In this document: positions 50,324 through 63,304 of the stretch, one piece after another
Layout: the number at the start of each line of letters is the position of its first letter
How positions within the stretch are numbered: position 1 is the stretch's first letter
Assembly: GCF_026210795.1 (NCBI RefSeq)
Contig: NC_089431.1
Coordinates: 1-64,000, forward strand
DNA from: Rhizophagus irregularis
Lineage: Eukaryota
Direction of reading: 5' to 3'
Length of the DNA stretch: 64,000 nt
The notes under the pieces: model-generated
What the model was told of the DNA's origin: nothing
The model's database searches: none
What the model saw: only the letters and a program-made list of their open reading frames with translations
Program-made: the position numbers and the translations under genes

Positions 50324-53300
50324 GGGTCAAGGATCTGATTTGTTTTTTTATTTCACTTTTTTAACAAAATATCAAAAAACATTTCAAAATATAATTTTTT
50401 CTATTTTTTTTAATCAGAAATTTTCCTTAGCTGGTCTAAACGGAAAACAAAATAACAACAAAACAAGAAAAACAATTGAACTAGCCGAAATGACAAATAA
50501 TAACACTAGAGTTACCCCAAAAACAAGGACAGAAAGGGAAAAGTCCTACCAAATTCATAACACGTCCCCAAGAACATTCAAAACAGCAACGCGACCTATA
50601 CACAAGACACGAACATTCAAAGCAATAACGCGACCTACACAAAAGACGCGAACATTAGGTCCCCACAACAAGAACAAGACGTACACAATTCTAATAGTAA
50701 CATTAGCGACATTAACACTTTTAACTTAGTACTCATGGGACACAACATTAACAGAATTGGACCTGATGACTTTAAACTCAACATGTTAATGGATTATTGC
50801 GCGAATAAAAGAGCAGATATTGTGGGAATAGTTGAAACTAACAAAGACAGAAAATACGGCAAATTCTGGAATAAACAAAATCCGGAATATATCTCATTCT
50901 GGACTAACAAAGACAACAAGATCAAGGGATCCGGAGTGTGTATTATAATCAACAAGAAATGGGAAAAACATTTAGGAAAAATTAATAGAATTAGTGCCTA
51001 CTACATAGAAGCCCGACTACTACTCAAGAATTGCACACTTATAATAGGCGTCGTATACATGCCACCATCTGACACGGAAATGAAAAACGAATTAACCAAT
51101 CACATAAAAAATGAATTTATTAACCATAGCAAAAAGAATAGATATTATATTTTAATAGGTGACTTGAATATGTATATTGATAAATCGTTGGATTACAGCG
51201 GCCCTTCTAAGCTTAGAAAAAAACCCTCTAACATCATCACATGGTTAGATAATACTTTCTTTGTGGATACATTTAGGAAATTAAATCCCAAACAGAAAGA
51301 AAGCTTTACGTGGTCAAATAAAATTACATCGACCAGAATCGATTACATCTGGGCGGATCCTAAACTTGAAACTAGAATAATGAAGAGTCACATATACCAA
51401 TCAGCAGATATTACAGATAGCGATCACAACATTACGTTCGCAAAGATCTCATTCACAGATATAATAGTTACCAATAATAAAGGGGTAGAAGAGCAGAGAA
51501 AAATACAAAACGTATTGTATACGATTATGAAAACACCACAAATGAACAATGGAATGAATATGAAAACTACCTCAAAAGCCTCTTGGAGAAGCATAAGGCC
51601 TTCAGATACATAGAAACTCATGGACGAAGTGAAGACACCTTAAATAAACTATGGGACATTATATGCAAATGTATACAGCAGGCATCACTTAAACACATCC
51701 CACACAAAAAGGTAGGAGATACCAAAACAAACCTCAACAGAAACTATAAAGAAATTGAAGACTTCTCGAAAGAATGTAAGGATCTCCTATACATGAGAAG
51801 TATAATGAGAAAATTATATAAGAATGAGTTGAAAGGAGCGGAGTTGCTCAAGGCATCAAAAGGGATCAAAACTTTCAATGAACGATACAGAACAAATATA
51901 TCTGAGTTAACAGAAGACACAGATTGGCACACATGGAAATGCGAGACTAGAAATTGGCTGAAGATAGTCAGAAGAGTAATCAAAATGAAAGACAAAGAGT
52001 GTAAAGAAGCAACAATAAAGAGAAGGATAGAAGAAAGGAACAACATGATCACTACAGACCAACGGAAAATGATCAATAACATATTAGACAAGACATACTC
52101 AAAAATTAACCTGGACAGAATCCGCATAGTCACGGACACACAGGAAGAAATTCTCTTAAACACTAAAGAGGAAGTCCAAGCAGAAGCAATTAACGCATTT
52201 TCATCATTATTCCGTGCGAGAAATCACAAATTTGAGAACCTTTCAGAACAATGGAAAACCATATATGAGCCACGAACTGACATCAACCCACAAATATATG
52301 ATCACCTGGGTGACACATCGACAGAACAAGAATGAAATGAGATGCTCAACACCATGAATGACAGTTCAGCGCCGGGTATATCAAACATAAGTTACAAACT
52401 AATAAAAAAAGCGGGTATCGAAGTTAATAAATTATTTAGGCAATACAGGGTTTGTGTTACTACCTACAGAACATACCAATAAAGTGGAATATATCCCAAC
52501 TTTATCCGATCCCCAAGACATACGATTGGGATTATAACCTAGCGAGAACGCGTCTGATCCTTTTGATTGAATGTCTATGTAAATGCGCGGTAAAAATCAT
52601 CACAAAACGCCTCAAAAGTATACTCAGTAGGCATGAAATCTTGAAAGGACCAAATTACGCAGGTCTACCTGGGGAATCGACATCAACTCCACTCACAATG
52701 ATAAATAGTATCTTGGAAGACACCCGCGAAGAAAACAAAACAGTATGGATTGTATCTCAAGATATGGCGAAGGCGTTTGACAGCGTTGGGATGTTTCCCC
52801 TACAAAAAGCCCTAGAAAGAATTAAAATCCCAACTACTATCATCAATTTTATCATAAACATATATAAGAATTGAAAGATAAGAATTATTACGGCTTATGG
52901 CTTAACAGATGCTTTCACTGCGCGCGATGGTATCGATCAAGGGGAGGTGATATCGCCCCTAATATGGAGGATTTTTTATGACCCTTTACTCCACAGAATA
53001 CAGGAGGACGAATCATTAGGTTACTCTATGGAGCTGAAATGGCCATATAACACAATTTGTAATGAGAAACGGAATGTAAGAATACGAACCACCGCATCAG
53101 TATACGCAGATGATACACAATGGATTGCTAAAAGTAAAAATGAAGCAAGGAAAATAACGTTAATTGCTGATGAGTTTTTTGATATTAATGACATTAAGAT
53201 AAATGGAGAAAAATCCGAAATTATAGTTGTTAATCCAGAAGATAATAATGAAGAGGAAAGGTTTATCGAGATAGGGAAAAATAGAGATAAAGTAACAGCC

Positions 53301-56300
53301 AACAAAGGTTCAGTCCCAATACGAATACTAGGAGTATGGTTTAAGGCGGACAAAGGTGACAAGCACACAGAAGGAATAGTGAAAAAGGAAATTTCGACAG
53401 TGTTAGGAGCCATCAGACGCAAACATATAACTCACATGCAAGCAATATATATCATCAACATGGTGCTGCTTCCAAGACTCGAATACAGGCTGAAGACTAC
53501 CATTTGGGAAGACAAGAAATACGAAGAAATCTATAAACCAATTATGAAGGTAGTCAAGCACAAAACGCGACTTCCAATTAACTGTCATAACAACATCCTC
53601 TTACACTCAGCACAAGGGAATCTGAAAAACCTTTGGAGAAATCAAACAGCCGCGCAAATAACAGAATTTTTAGTAGCTCTAAACTCTCAATCGAAGCAGG
53701 CAGATATGCTCAAAATGAGACTAAAAAAAGCGCAACTAACGCTAAACATTACATCATGCATATTAATGACTGACCCTGACGTTACAGTTCCCAACAAGAT
53801 GTTGAACAATCATGCGTACAACGTAATAAGAAAAGCACATGACTATCTTTTCAAAATTCACCCGTTAGTGGAAAGTGAAAAATGGAATATACCAATAATC
53901 GGCCCAGACGTGAGGAATTTTGTATACCAACAGGCGTCAGAGTTGCAAAAAAAGGACAAAGAATTTATTATAAGGAAAGCAGCAGCCCTCTCAATACATG
54001 GGGCGCTACAGTTACTAAACCACGACGCGTCAAACACGATTACATGGCAACAAATTTGTGACATTAACAAGTGACAAGCAAGAGGTAGGACTCCGAAGTG
54101 GTTCACTACGCTATCAGGCCTCATACAACAGTCGACCCAACTAAAAGACCTTTGCAAGACTAACATAGAGCCCTCAAATTCAGAAAGAGAAACAGAAATT
54201 GACAGAGAAGCCCTAATTAACATGCAAGCTTTTAAGATGACAAAGAAAATGCCGTCTAAAGACAGTAGGAAAAAGGAGTTTGTGTACACACACCAGGATG
54301 GCACACTAGTATGGGGACAAATTATTAAAAAAAACAATAAGACAGGGAAGTTTACAATACAACATTGGGTCAGGAATAGTAATAACCAGAGTGAGGATAG
54401 CGGTATGATGCAAAAAGTCATTCAACGTTGTAGTGGCTGTAGACTAAATGATAGAAGAGTCAACAAAGAAAGCTATAACTGCCACTTCAACAGGGACTAT
54501 TCGGACTTGGCTTGCATTAACAGAATCTTTAGTTGCCAAAATAACTCAGATACCAAAGTTATTAAAGATATTATAGAGACTAGAAAGTGCCCAGGAGACA
54601 ATGTATTTCAGAACAGATATCCGACCGTATACAAATTCAGGATTATGATACGGCCCTCATCCGAAACACAGTATCAAATGAGGAAGCAAGGACACAACAT
54701 ATAACACTGCTGCACCAATTAAGATCAATATTCAATCCATCTAATACAATTGACATATATACAGATGGCTCGCTAACAGATCACTTTAATACAAATTTAA
54801 ACGACTTTACAAAACATATGGGCACAGGTTGGGTAATAATAAATGATAAAAATGAGGTAATATTGGAATGCAGCAGCTCAATTACAGACTGGCCTTCATC
54901 TACACGTGCAGAGTTGGGGAGCTATTCTATCAGCTATATTGGTTTTACAAACAGGACAGAGGGCGAATATCTTTACAGATTCTCAAGCCGCGATAGATAG
55001 CATCAACCACACAAGAATAAATTTAACAAATGGAAAAAACAAAATTCGAATATGGTGTAAAGCAACAATTACAGCATAATTAGTAGTATAATTAATCTAA
55101 TTGACAGCAAACATTTGGAGATAAAGCTAATAAAAGTTAAAGGTCACTCAGGAGTCAAAGGTAATGAAGAAGCAGACAGAGTGGCTAAGAATGACACAGG
55201 AAAATCAACGTGCATCACAATTAATGATTCACAACAGAAAGACTTAAAATATGATTTATACTGGGATGGTAAGAGGGTTGACAGACACATCAGGAAATTT
55301 ATAGATAATTTATGTGGGTCTGCACTAGAGGCATCATGGTCCTTTAATCGTACACACAGAACAATTTTCCAAGATACAACTCACATGATAGAAGAGAAAG
55401 TTACTTGGGCAATATTTAAAAAAAACACAGGATTTAACTGCACAACAACAACAGTAAATAACAATTTCATCAAACACTTGAAGCTTACAAACAATCTATT
55501 ACCAACTTTGGAAATTATGAAAGAAAGAAGATATGATTTATATGGAGATGTAAAGTGCAGGTTATGTCTTGTAGAAAATGAAGATGATGATCATATAATT
55601 TATTGCCAGCAACTCAGAGATAAATGGTTAATAATGGCCAACAATACTATAAACAAATGTGAACAAATGTTTAAAGACTTTCTCTCAAAAAAAGAATATA
55701 TTCAACTAAATCAAGAGGATATACAACAACTACATCTATGGAATAGAAATTTCTTTGTTCATACAACAGGTTTTAACCAAGAGTTGCCTATCCCATTTGT
55801 ACATCTAATGTTAAGGAATCTTTTCCCAAAAGGAAGATATAGAGAACTCAGGTCTATTGTCAAATCAGAAAAAGCTACACTAACAATTGCTTCCCTTTTT
55901 TTAGAAATGTTTATTACTGAATTTTATAAGGTTATTTGGCAATCACGTTGTGACATAGTTGCAGATTGGGAACGTACAAAAGGAATTAAAAAGCAAGATT
56001 TAAGGAAAAAAATATCAGCACAACAACGTATTGTATATGAAAGAATTCCAACCCAGCAAGTGGAAGATGGTACATATAACCTGAAGGGAAGAAAAATTTT
56101 CAAATGTGGTGAACAGTGGTCAGTTGCTTTAGAAAAAACAAGACAATATATAAATCAATTTATTAAAAATGGAAATAGGGTAATTTGGAAGGCATATAAC
56201 AATCTCAAATTATATAAATACAAATATAGTTCTTCTTTTTGTTTAGAGGGTAGTGAAAGCATTTACTAAAGCCATATGATGATGATGATCCTATATAATC

Positions 56301-56482
56301 TGATAGCTACTATGGGAGGATATAGGTGAATTTCATAAGGTGATGGTAGGGCACGGGAGCAATCTTATGGATGGGGGACCAGTTTGGAGTTTTAAACAAA
56401 TTAATTATACATGTAACAGAACTTTCTGTCTTTTATATAATTAATAAACTCACAAATTGCACTACCTTGCAAAAAAAAAAAA
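50324..56482 (+). mobile_element. LINE (APE endonuclease - RT - RNase H - CCHC finger), decayed ORF2
   Basis: APE (GHNIN, IVETN, GDLN, RIDYIW, SDH); RT ([22 protein letters not shown]); RNase H (YTDGS, RAEL, TDSQ, KVKGHSG..GNEEAD); CRLC..H...C; poly(A); 16-bp TSD AATTTTTGCCCATATA. Confidence 0.95.
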
Positions 56483-56822
56483 AATTTTTGCCCATATACT
56501 TAAAATATATTTAAATTATATTTAAATTAAAATTTAAGTATATTATAAGATTATTATAAGTATATTTTTTACATACTTAAAATATACTTAAAATATATTA
56601 TGAAATATATTATAAGAATATTTTAAGTATGTAAAAAATATATCTATAATATAAGTATATTTTAAGTATTTGGGCAAAAATTAAATATATTAGAAATATA
56701 TTTTAAGATAATTTTAAATACATTTTAAGTATATTATAAGTATTTCGCAATTTTTAAATTAAATATATTTTAAGTATATTTTAAATATATTTTAAAAAGT
56801 TTTTAATTATATTTTAAATATA

Positions 56823-57342
56823 CAGTCGCCACTAGATATAACGAACCTGCCGTTCCAAGCGTTTTGGTTCGGTATATGGTAAATTCGATATATGATATTC
56901 ATATTATATACTGAACTGTTCGGTATATGAATTTTATCCAATTAAATTATAGCAGCATATACTGTAATATTTAAAGTTCGGATGATTACATGACTTACTA
57001 TAACAGATAACACTATGTTTTATTTAAAATTTATGTGTTCATCGATTTTTTAAGTATTTACCAGCTATTCAAATGAAAATTTTATCTGATACTAGCAGAA
57101 ATAATTTTTCTGGTAGTTCATTCTTTATATTACTAATTAAAGTCACGTGATAGTTCGGTATACTAAATATGTAACTGATATACTTGGGCTGGCTAAAATA
57201 AGTTCAGATGCGGTATATAGTAATTTATTATGTGATTTCGTTATATCCAGTGCAATTAATTATAAAAAAATCGGTTCTGTGAAACTTGGTTCAATACAAC
57301 AAGTTTCGGTATAAACAGGTTCGTTATAACCAGTGGCGACTG
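56823..57342. mobile_element. pogo/Tc1-like MITE (TA TSD)
   Basis: TIR CAGTCGCCACT(A/G)G(A/T)TATAACGAACCTG at both ends, TA flanks. Confidence 0.9.
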
Positions 57343-57422
57343 TAAATACTTTTTATAGGGTATTATTTTATACTATATAATAATATAATAAATTATTAAA
57401 TTAATGGCAATTTCTATTTGTA

Positions 57423-57655
57423 CACGGGGTGTTTAAACACGGGTCATATTAGTAGATTAAAAACGGCATTCAAAACCTCCTTTAATGCCTTAAGTAAACT
57501 TGCAGAGCAGGTGAAAATACATATATTTATCTGTAATATAATAAGAATAAAAAGTAAAAGAGTATAATGTCGGTAGCATTCAATTTCAAATTAAAAAACA
57601 AAAAATTAGTCTATTAAAAATTATATTTATATGACCCGTGTGCAAACACCCCGTG
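57423..57655. mobile_element. Tc1/mariner MITE (TA TSD)
   Basis: TIR CACGGGGTGTTT..ACACGGGTCATAT at both ends, TA flanks; interior resembles 15380-15450. Confidence 0.88.
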
Positions 57656-60439
57656 TAAACTTAGAAATTTTCTAAATTAATTATAGGCATTTACTCAAGA
57701 ATCATTTCGTAATGATTTAGTATATTGGATTATTGTTGATGATCAGCCATTTACCGTGGTTCAAAATATTTTTTTTCAAAAAATGATAATCTGACTTAAT
57801 CCTGAAGCTATTATACCATCATCAGATACAATTCATAATGATATTATAAAAAATTTTGAAGATGAAAAGGAATTTCTTAAAAAAAAATTACAGGTTTATT
57901 ATAAATTTTATATAAATTGTTTCTATTATTTGCAAATATTTTATTTAATATATTTATAAATTGAATTTGATAGGAATTGTCTGGAAAAGTTTCCTTAACT
58001 CTTGATGGATGGACATCAAAGAATCAAATTTCTTTCTTAGGAATAACAATACATTAGATTGCCAATGATTGGAAACTTAACAGTACAGTTCTTAATTTTT
58101 CTCACATAGAAGGTCCACATTCAGGAGAGAATATTGCATCTAAATTATTTGAAGTTTTAAGAGAATTTAAACTTTTATCAAAGGTAAATATTGGTAAATA
58201 TTTTATTTAATAAATTTTTAAATTGTAATTAATTTTTTTTTAATATACAGATCTTAGGCATTAGTACTGATAATGCATCTAATATGGATAAAATGTTTAG
58301 TAAATTTGAATATATGTGTAATTATGAGAGTATTAAATTTGATGTTAAAAATTAACGGATGCGTTGTTTAGCGCACATCATCAATTTAGCTGTGCAAAAT
58401 ATACTAAAGGTATTAAAAGGGAGAAGCTCCTGAAAATGAAAATGAAATTTTACAAGAAAATATAATTTCTAGTAATTCCTTAAGAGTTGTTGCAAAAGTA
58501 AGAATATATTTTAACATTTAAATAATAAAAATTAATATATTTATTATTAAATTATTAATTAATTATATTAATTATATTTTTATTAATAGCTTCGAACATT
58601 AATAAAAAAAATCTGAGCATCTCCTCAGAGGAAGGAACGTTTTAAGAGACAATGTATAGCTCTAAATATGAAACCATTAGAACTCATTCCTGATATTAGA
58701 ACTAGATGGAATTCCACTTTCTATATGATAGAAAGAGCATTTTGTTTACGTGAGGTAAAATAATATTTATATATAATTTTACATATTTATTAACACTAAT
58801 TTAAATTAATTTCATTAGCCATTATATAATTTGGCTGCAGCAGATAAAGAACTTTCTCTATATTTATTAAATAGTATAGAATGGAATAAACTAAAAAAAA
58901 GACAAAGTTTATTAGAAGTAAAAATATAATATTTATTAAATATTATTATTAAAATTTTAAAATTTTATAATATACTAAAATTTAATTATTATTTATTAAT
59001 TTTTAATTATTTAATTAGTGTTTTCAAAAAGCAACAATTGAAATAAGTTCTGAAAAATCTCCTACACTTGGTCAAACAGTACCTATTTACAATTATTTAA
59101 TAGATAATATTGAAGATTTTCTTGAAGAAGCCACAAGATCAGATGATATTATAAATGCTGCTAATAATGCCAAAAATAAATTGCAACAATATTATCCAAG
59201 CTCAGACGGACTTGTCTATGTGATTGCTACTAGTATATAAATATATATATTTGGTTTGTTTTTACCCAAAATTATTAATCAAATTATTTATTTATAGTAA
59301 TAGATCTACGGCATAAACTTCAGTACTATATAGATAACGAATTTGAAGTTGGGTATATAGATACATATAAAAAACAAATTAAAGAATTATGGTTAACTGA
59401 ATATAAACCAAAAAATAATGAAAATGATAATCAAAATAATAATAATCAAAGTTCTCTTGCAGCTTATATGTTTAAAAAGCGAAAAACATCTTTTACTAAT
59501 GAATTAGAAGCATACCTTAGTGAACCACCAGAAAATTTTAATATGGATGTTTTAGCATTTTGGAAGGTAAATCTTAAATAAATGGTATTGTGTATAAGAA
59601 ATTTTTATTAAAATGTTAAATTTCTTTTATTAGGTTCACGAAAATAAATTTCCAAATTTATTCAAAATGGCCCGGGATTTTTTAGCAATTCCTGGTATAT
59701 ATTTTATTTTTAATTGGTTAAATTTAATTATTTTATATTAATTTTGTAATTTCAAATAGGAACAAGTGTACCAGTTGAGAGAGTATTCTCTGGTGTAATG
59801 GATTTGATAACTCAAAGAAGATGTAGTTTAAATCCGGAAATGATTAGAAAATTGATGTACTTAAAAGCATGGTTAAAATATAAAAATACGAATTAATTAC
59901 TTTATTATTTTTGTTCATTAAAAATATTTTATATACTTGTAGTATTTTTTTTTATATTGCTTAAAAACGTTATATTATTTTATATTTACTTATCGTTAAA
60001 TAAAATTAAAATTATTAGAAATATTAAAAATTATTTATTTATTAAAATGAATCAAAATCGCTGATCTTTTTTTTCAAAATTTTTTTTTATAGATAAAATA
60101 TTGACGAAAAATAAAAAAATAAACAAAAATTAAACAAAAATAAACGAAAATTAAAAAAAAAATAAAACAAAAATAAAAAAAACCAAAAAAATAAACGAAA
60201 ATTAAATAAAACAAACAAAATTAAAAAAAAATTAAAAAATCAAAAAAGAATAAAAAAATAAAAAAAAATAAACGAAAAATTAATGAAAAATCAAAACGAA
60301 AATCAAAAAAATAACCGAACAATAAAAAAATAGATGAAAAAATAAAAAAAAATAAAATAAAAAAAAGTTAAACATCAAGTTCATCAGAATAAAAAGCAGT
60401 CTGCTGAGTCTATTGGGGAATTGCATAATAAACAACATA

Positions 60440-62560
60440 CTTATGATCACGAAGCACCAAAAACCTAAAAGTAAAGAATGAAATTAGTAAAGGAAAATGA
60501 AAAAACAAAAAAAAAAGAAATAAAAAAATTTCAATCACCTGCCTTTTCACGAAGAATAAGAACTGAAAACCTAAAAGGAAGAAGAAGGAGAACGGAATTA
60601 GCAAAAGAAATAAAAAAAAATGAAAGAATGAAAGAACGAAAAAAAAAATAAAAACATTTCAATCACCTGCCTTTTCACGAAGAACAAGAACCGAAAACCT
60701 AAAATAAGGAAAAAGGAAAACAGAATTAGCAAAAGAAATAAAAAAAAAATGAAAGAACAAAAAAAAAAGAAATATTTACCTGTCTTTTCACGAAGAACAA
60801 GAACCGAAAAACTAAAATAAGAAAGAAGGAGAATGGAATTAACAAAAGAAATAAAAAAAAATGAAAGAACAAAAAAAAAGAAATATTTCAATCACCTGCC
60901 TTTTCACGAAGAACAAGAACTGAAAACCTAAAATAAGGAAAAAGGAGAACAGAATTAGCAAAAGAAATAAAAAAATGAAAAAACGAAAAAAAGAAATAAA
61001 AAAATTTCAATCACCTGCCTTTTCACGAAGAACAAGAACTGAAAACCTAAAATAAGGAAGAAGGAGAACGGAATTAGCAAAAGAAATAAAAAAAATGAAA
61101 GAACGAAAAAAAAAGAAATATTTCAATCACCTGCCTTTTCACAAAGAACAAGAACCGAAAACCTAAAATAAAGAAGAAGGAGAACGGAATTAGCAAAAGA
61201 AATAAAAAAAAATGAAAAAATGAAAAAAAGAAACAAAAAATTTTCAATCACCTGCCTTTTCACGAAGAACAAGAACCGAAAACCTAAAATAAGGAAGAAG
61301 GAGAACGGAATTAGCAAAAGAAATAAAAAAAAATGAAAGAACGAAAAAAAAGAAATATTTCAATCACCTGCCTTTTCACGAAGAATAAGAACCGAAAAAC
61401 TAAAATAAGAAAGAGGGAGAATGGAATTAGCAAAAGAAATAAAAAAAAATGAAAGAACAAAAAAAAAAGAAATATTTCAATCACCTGCCTTTTCACGAAG
61501 AACAAGAACTGAAAACCTAAAATAAGGAAGAAGGAGAACAGAATTAGCAAAAGAAATAAAAAAAATGAAAAAACGAAAAAAAGAAATAAAAAAATTTCAA
61601 TAACCTGCCTTTTCACGAAGAACAAAAACTGAAAACCTAAAATAAGGAAGAAGGAGAACGGAATTAGCAAAAGAAATAAAAAAAATGAAAGAACGAAAAA
61701 AAAAGAAATATTTCAATCACCTGCCTTTTCACGAAAAATAAGAACCGAAAACCTAAAATAAAGAAGAAGGAGAACAGAATTAGCAAAAGAAATAAAAAAA
61801 AATGAAAAAATGAAAAAAAGAAACAAAAAAATTTCAATCACCTGCCTTTTCACGAAGAACAAGAACTGAAAACCTAAAATAAGGAAGAAGGAGAATGGAA
61901 TTAGCAAAAGAAATAAAAAAAATGAAAGAATGAAAAAAAAGAAATATTTCAATCACCTGTCTTTTCACGAAGAACAAGAGCCGAAAACCTAAAATAAAGA
62001 AGAAGGAGAACGGAATTAGCAAAAGAAATAAAAAAAAAAGAAAAATGAAAAAAAGAAACAAAAAAATTTCAATCACCTGCCTTTTCACGAAGAACAAGAA
62101 CCGAAAACCTAAAATAAGGAAGAAGGAGTAGCAAAAGAAATAAAAAAAAAATGAAAGAACGAAAAAAAAAGAAATATTTACCTGTCTTTTCATGAAGAAC
62201 AAGAACCAAAAACCTAAAATAAAAAAGAAGGAAAATGGAATTAGCAAAAGAAATATAAAAAAAAACAAAAGAACGAAAAAAAAGAAATATTTCAATCACC
62301 TGCCTTTTCACGAAGAACAAGAGCTGAAAACCTAAAATAAGGAAAGAAAGCGAACGGAATTAGCAAAGGAAATAAAAAAAAATAACCGAAAAACAAAAAA
62401 AAAGCACCTTTCTGTGAAAAATGCAAAGAACCAGAACTTAAAAAGAGAAAGAAGACAAACGAAATTAGTAAAGAAAGCCAAAAAAAAATCAAAACAAAAA
62501 AAATCAACTGTGAAGAGCTGAAGAGCCAAAAACCTAAAGGACCTTTCTGTGAAGAACTAA
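60440..62560 (-). repeat. Right arm: about 16 tandem ~118-bp splice cassettes, inverted copy of the left arm
   Basis: Unit on +: AATCACCTGCCTTTTCACGAAGAACAAGAACCGAAAACCTAAAATAAGGAAGAAGGAGAACGGAATTAGCAAAAG.. Confidence 0.9.
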
Positions 62561-62809
62561 GTCTCTATAAGAAAATTAGCAGAGGGAGGTTACTAAAAAA
62601 AAGATTATCTTTAGATCATCTAATTGATATTGGACCAAACCGATGATATCGGTTCAGCTCGGATTAAAAATTCGGTTCTGGTTCTGGTTCGGGTCTAAAT
62701 CAGAAAACCGAACTGGAATCGGATGGGATTTTCGGTTCAAATCCGGTTCTTTACTAAAACTGCACTGAACCGACCCGTTCGGAGCTTTAATTACTAGTCA
62801 TTGCTATTT

Positions 62810-63300
62810 ATCATCTCGTTTGGACATTGTTCCAGTTGGTTCGATTCTAACAAACAACAAAATAAAATAGAAAATCGCAGATGTTTGTTAGAAATAAGAA
62901 AATCATTTCGAAGTTATTACTTTCAAAATGTTTGACATGAAATCTTAGGATCTAAAAAATAAAGTAAAATGAACATTAGTAGAACGTTCGTTAAAGAAGA
63001 ATAAAAAAAAAATTATAAAGAATTTTGAAGATATACCTTCAAATTCTTTCGTCCAGGAGCCAGAGAAAAAAACCTTACAGAAAAAAACAACTGAAACGTT
63101 AGTAAACATTTCACAAATTAAAAAACATGAAAGAATTTTGAAGGAATTTTACCTTTGAAATTCTGTCCAGAAGCTGTAAACCTGCAAAAAGTAAAAAGAA
63201 AAGACAAACGAAATGTTAGTAAATGTTTCGTTAAACATTAAAAAAAATTAATTTCGAAGGTAAATACCTTCGAAATCCTGAAAAAATCTCCAAGTCTGAT
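62810..63300 (-). repeat. Further micro-exon/intron array, paralogous to 43190-43600
   Basis: GTTTGGA(C/T)ATT(G/A)TTCCAGTT(G/A)GTTCGATT is shared with ~43187-43216; repeated TACC..CT(A/G) and GTTAGT branch sites. Confidence 0.7.
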
Positions 63301-63304
63301 TCGT

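Larger units (their letters stand above)
48391..57360. mobile_element. AT-rich non-autonomous element with CCC termini (CMC/EnSpm-like), host of the LINE insertions
   Basis: TIR CCCTATAAAAAGTATT / AATACTTTTTATAGGG; flanks TAT/TAT; body of ATATACTTAAAAT repeats. Confidence 0.7.
48054..59896 (+). pseudogene. hAT (Ac-like) transposase pseudogene; exon 1 is separated from the rest by nested TEs in intron 1
   Basis: Exon 1 BED finger (SLVYTHF..CNHC..GSTSSLWKHIKSKH). From ~57687: DDQPFTVV, LTLDGWTS, HSGENIA, TDNASNM, RCLAHIINL, TRWNSTF, FPNLFKMARDFLAIPGTSVPVERVFS. Several stops. Confidence 0.9.
45247..62789 (+). mobile_element. Large hAT element (~17.5 kb including ~9.3 kb of nested inserts) with inverted micro-exon-array arms
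   Basis: TIR TAAAGCTCCGAA / TTCGGAGCTTTA; left and right ends match those of 13694-14882; arms ~45570-46540 and ~60440-62560 are inverted homologues; transposase inside. The flanks GTTGCAAC and ATTACTAG do not form a TSD. Confidence 0.72.

Noticed and set aside
1638..54074. Stop-codon reassignment (Trp positions read as TAG/TGA)
   Set aside because: All three stop codons occur at Trp, Arg and Gln positions alongside frameshifts, and intact genes end in TAA, TAG and TGA, so these are mutations.
60440..62330. CRISPR-like regular repeat array
   Set aside because: The intervening sequences are homologous T/A tracts rather than unique spacers; no cas genes; eukaryotic context.
60410..62529. Many Phe/Leu-rich ORFs, also at 45444-46704, that look like membrane proteins
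   Set aside because: They are translations of T-rich tandem repeats, open in several frames, with no protein motifs.
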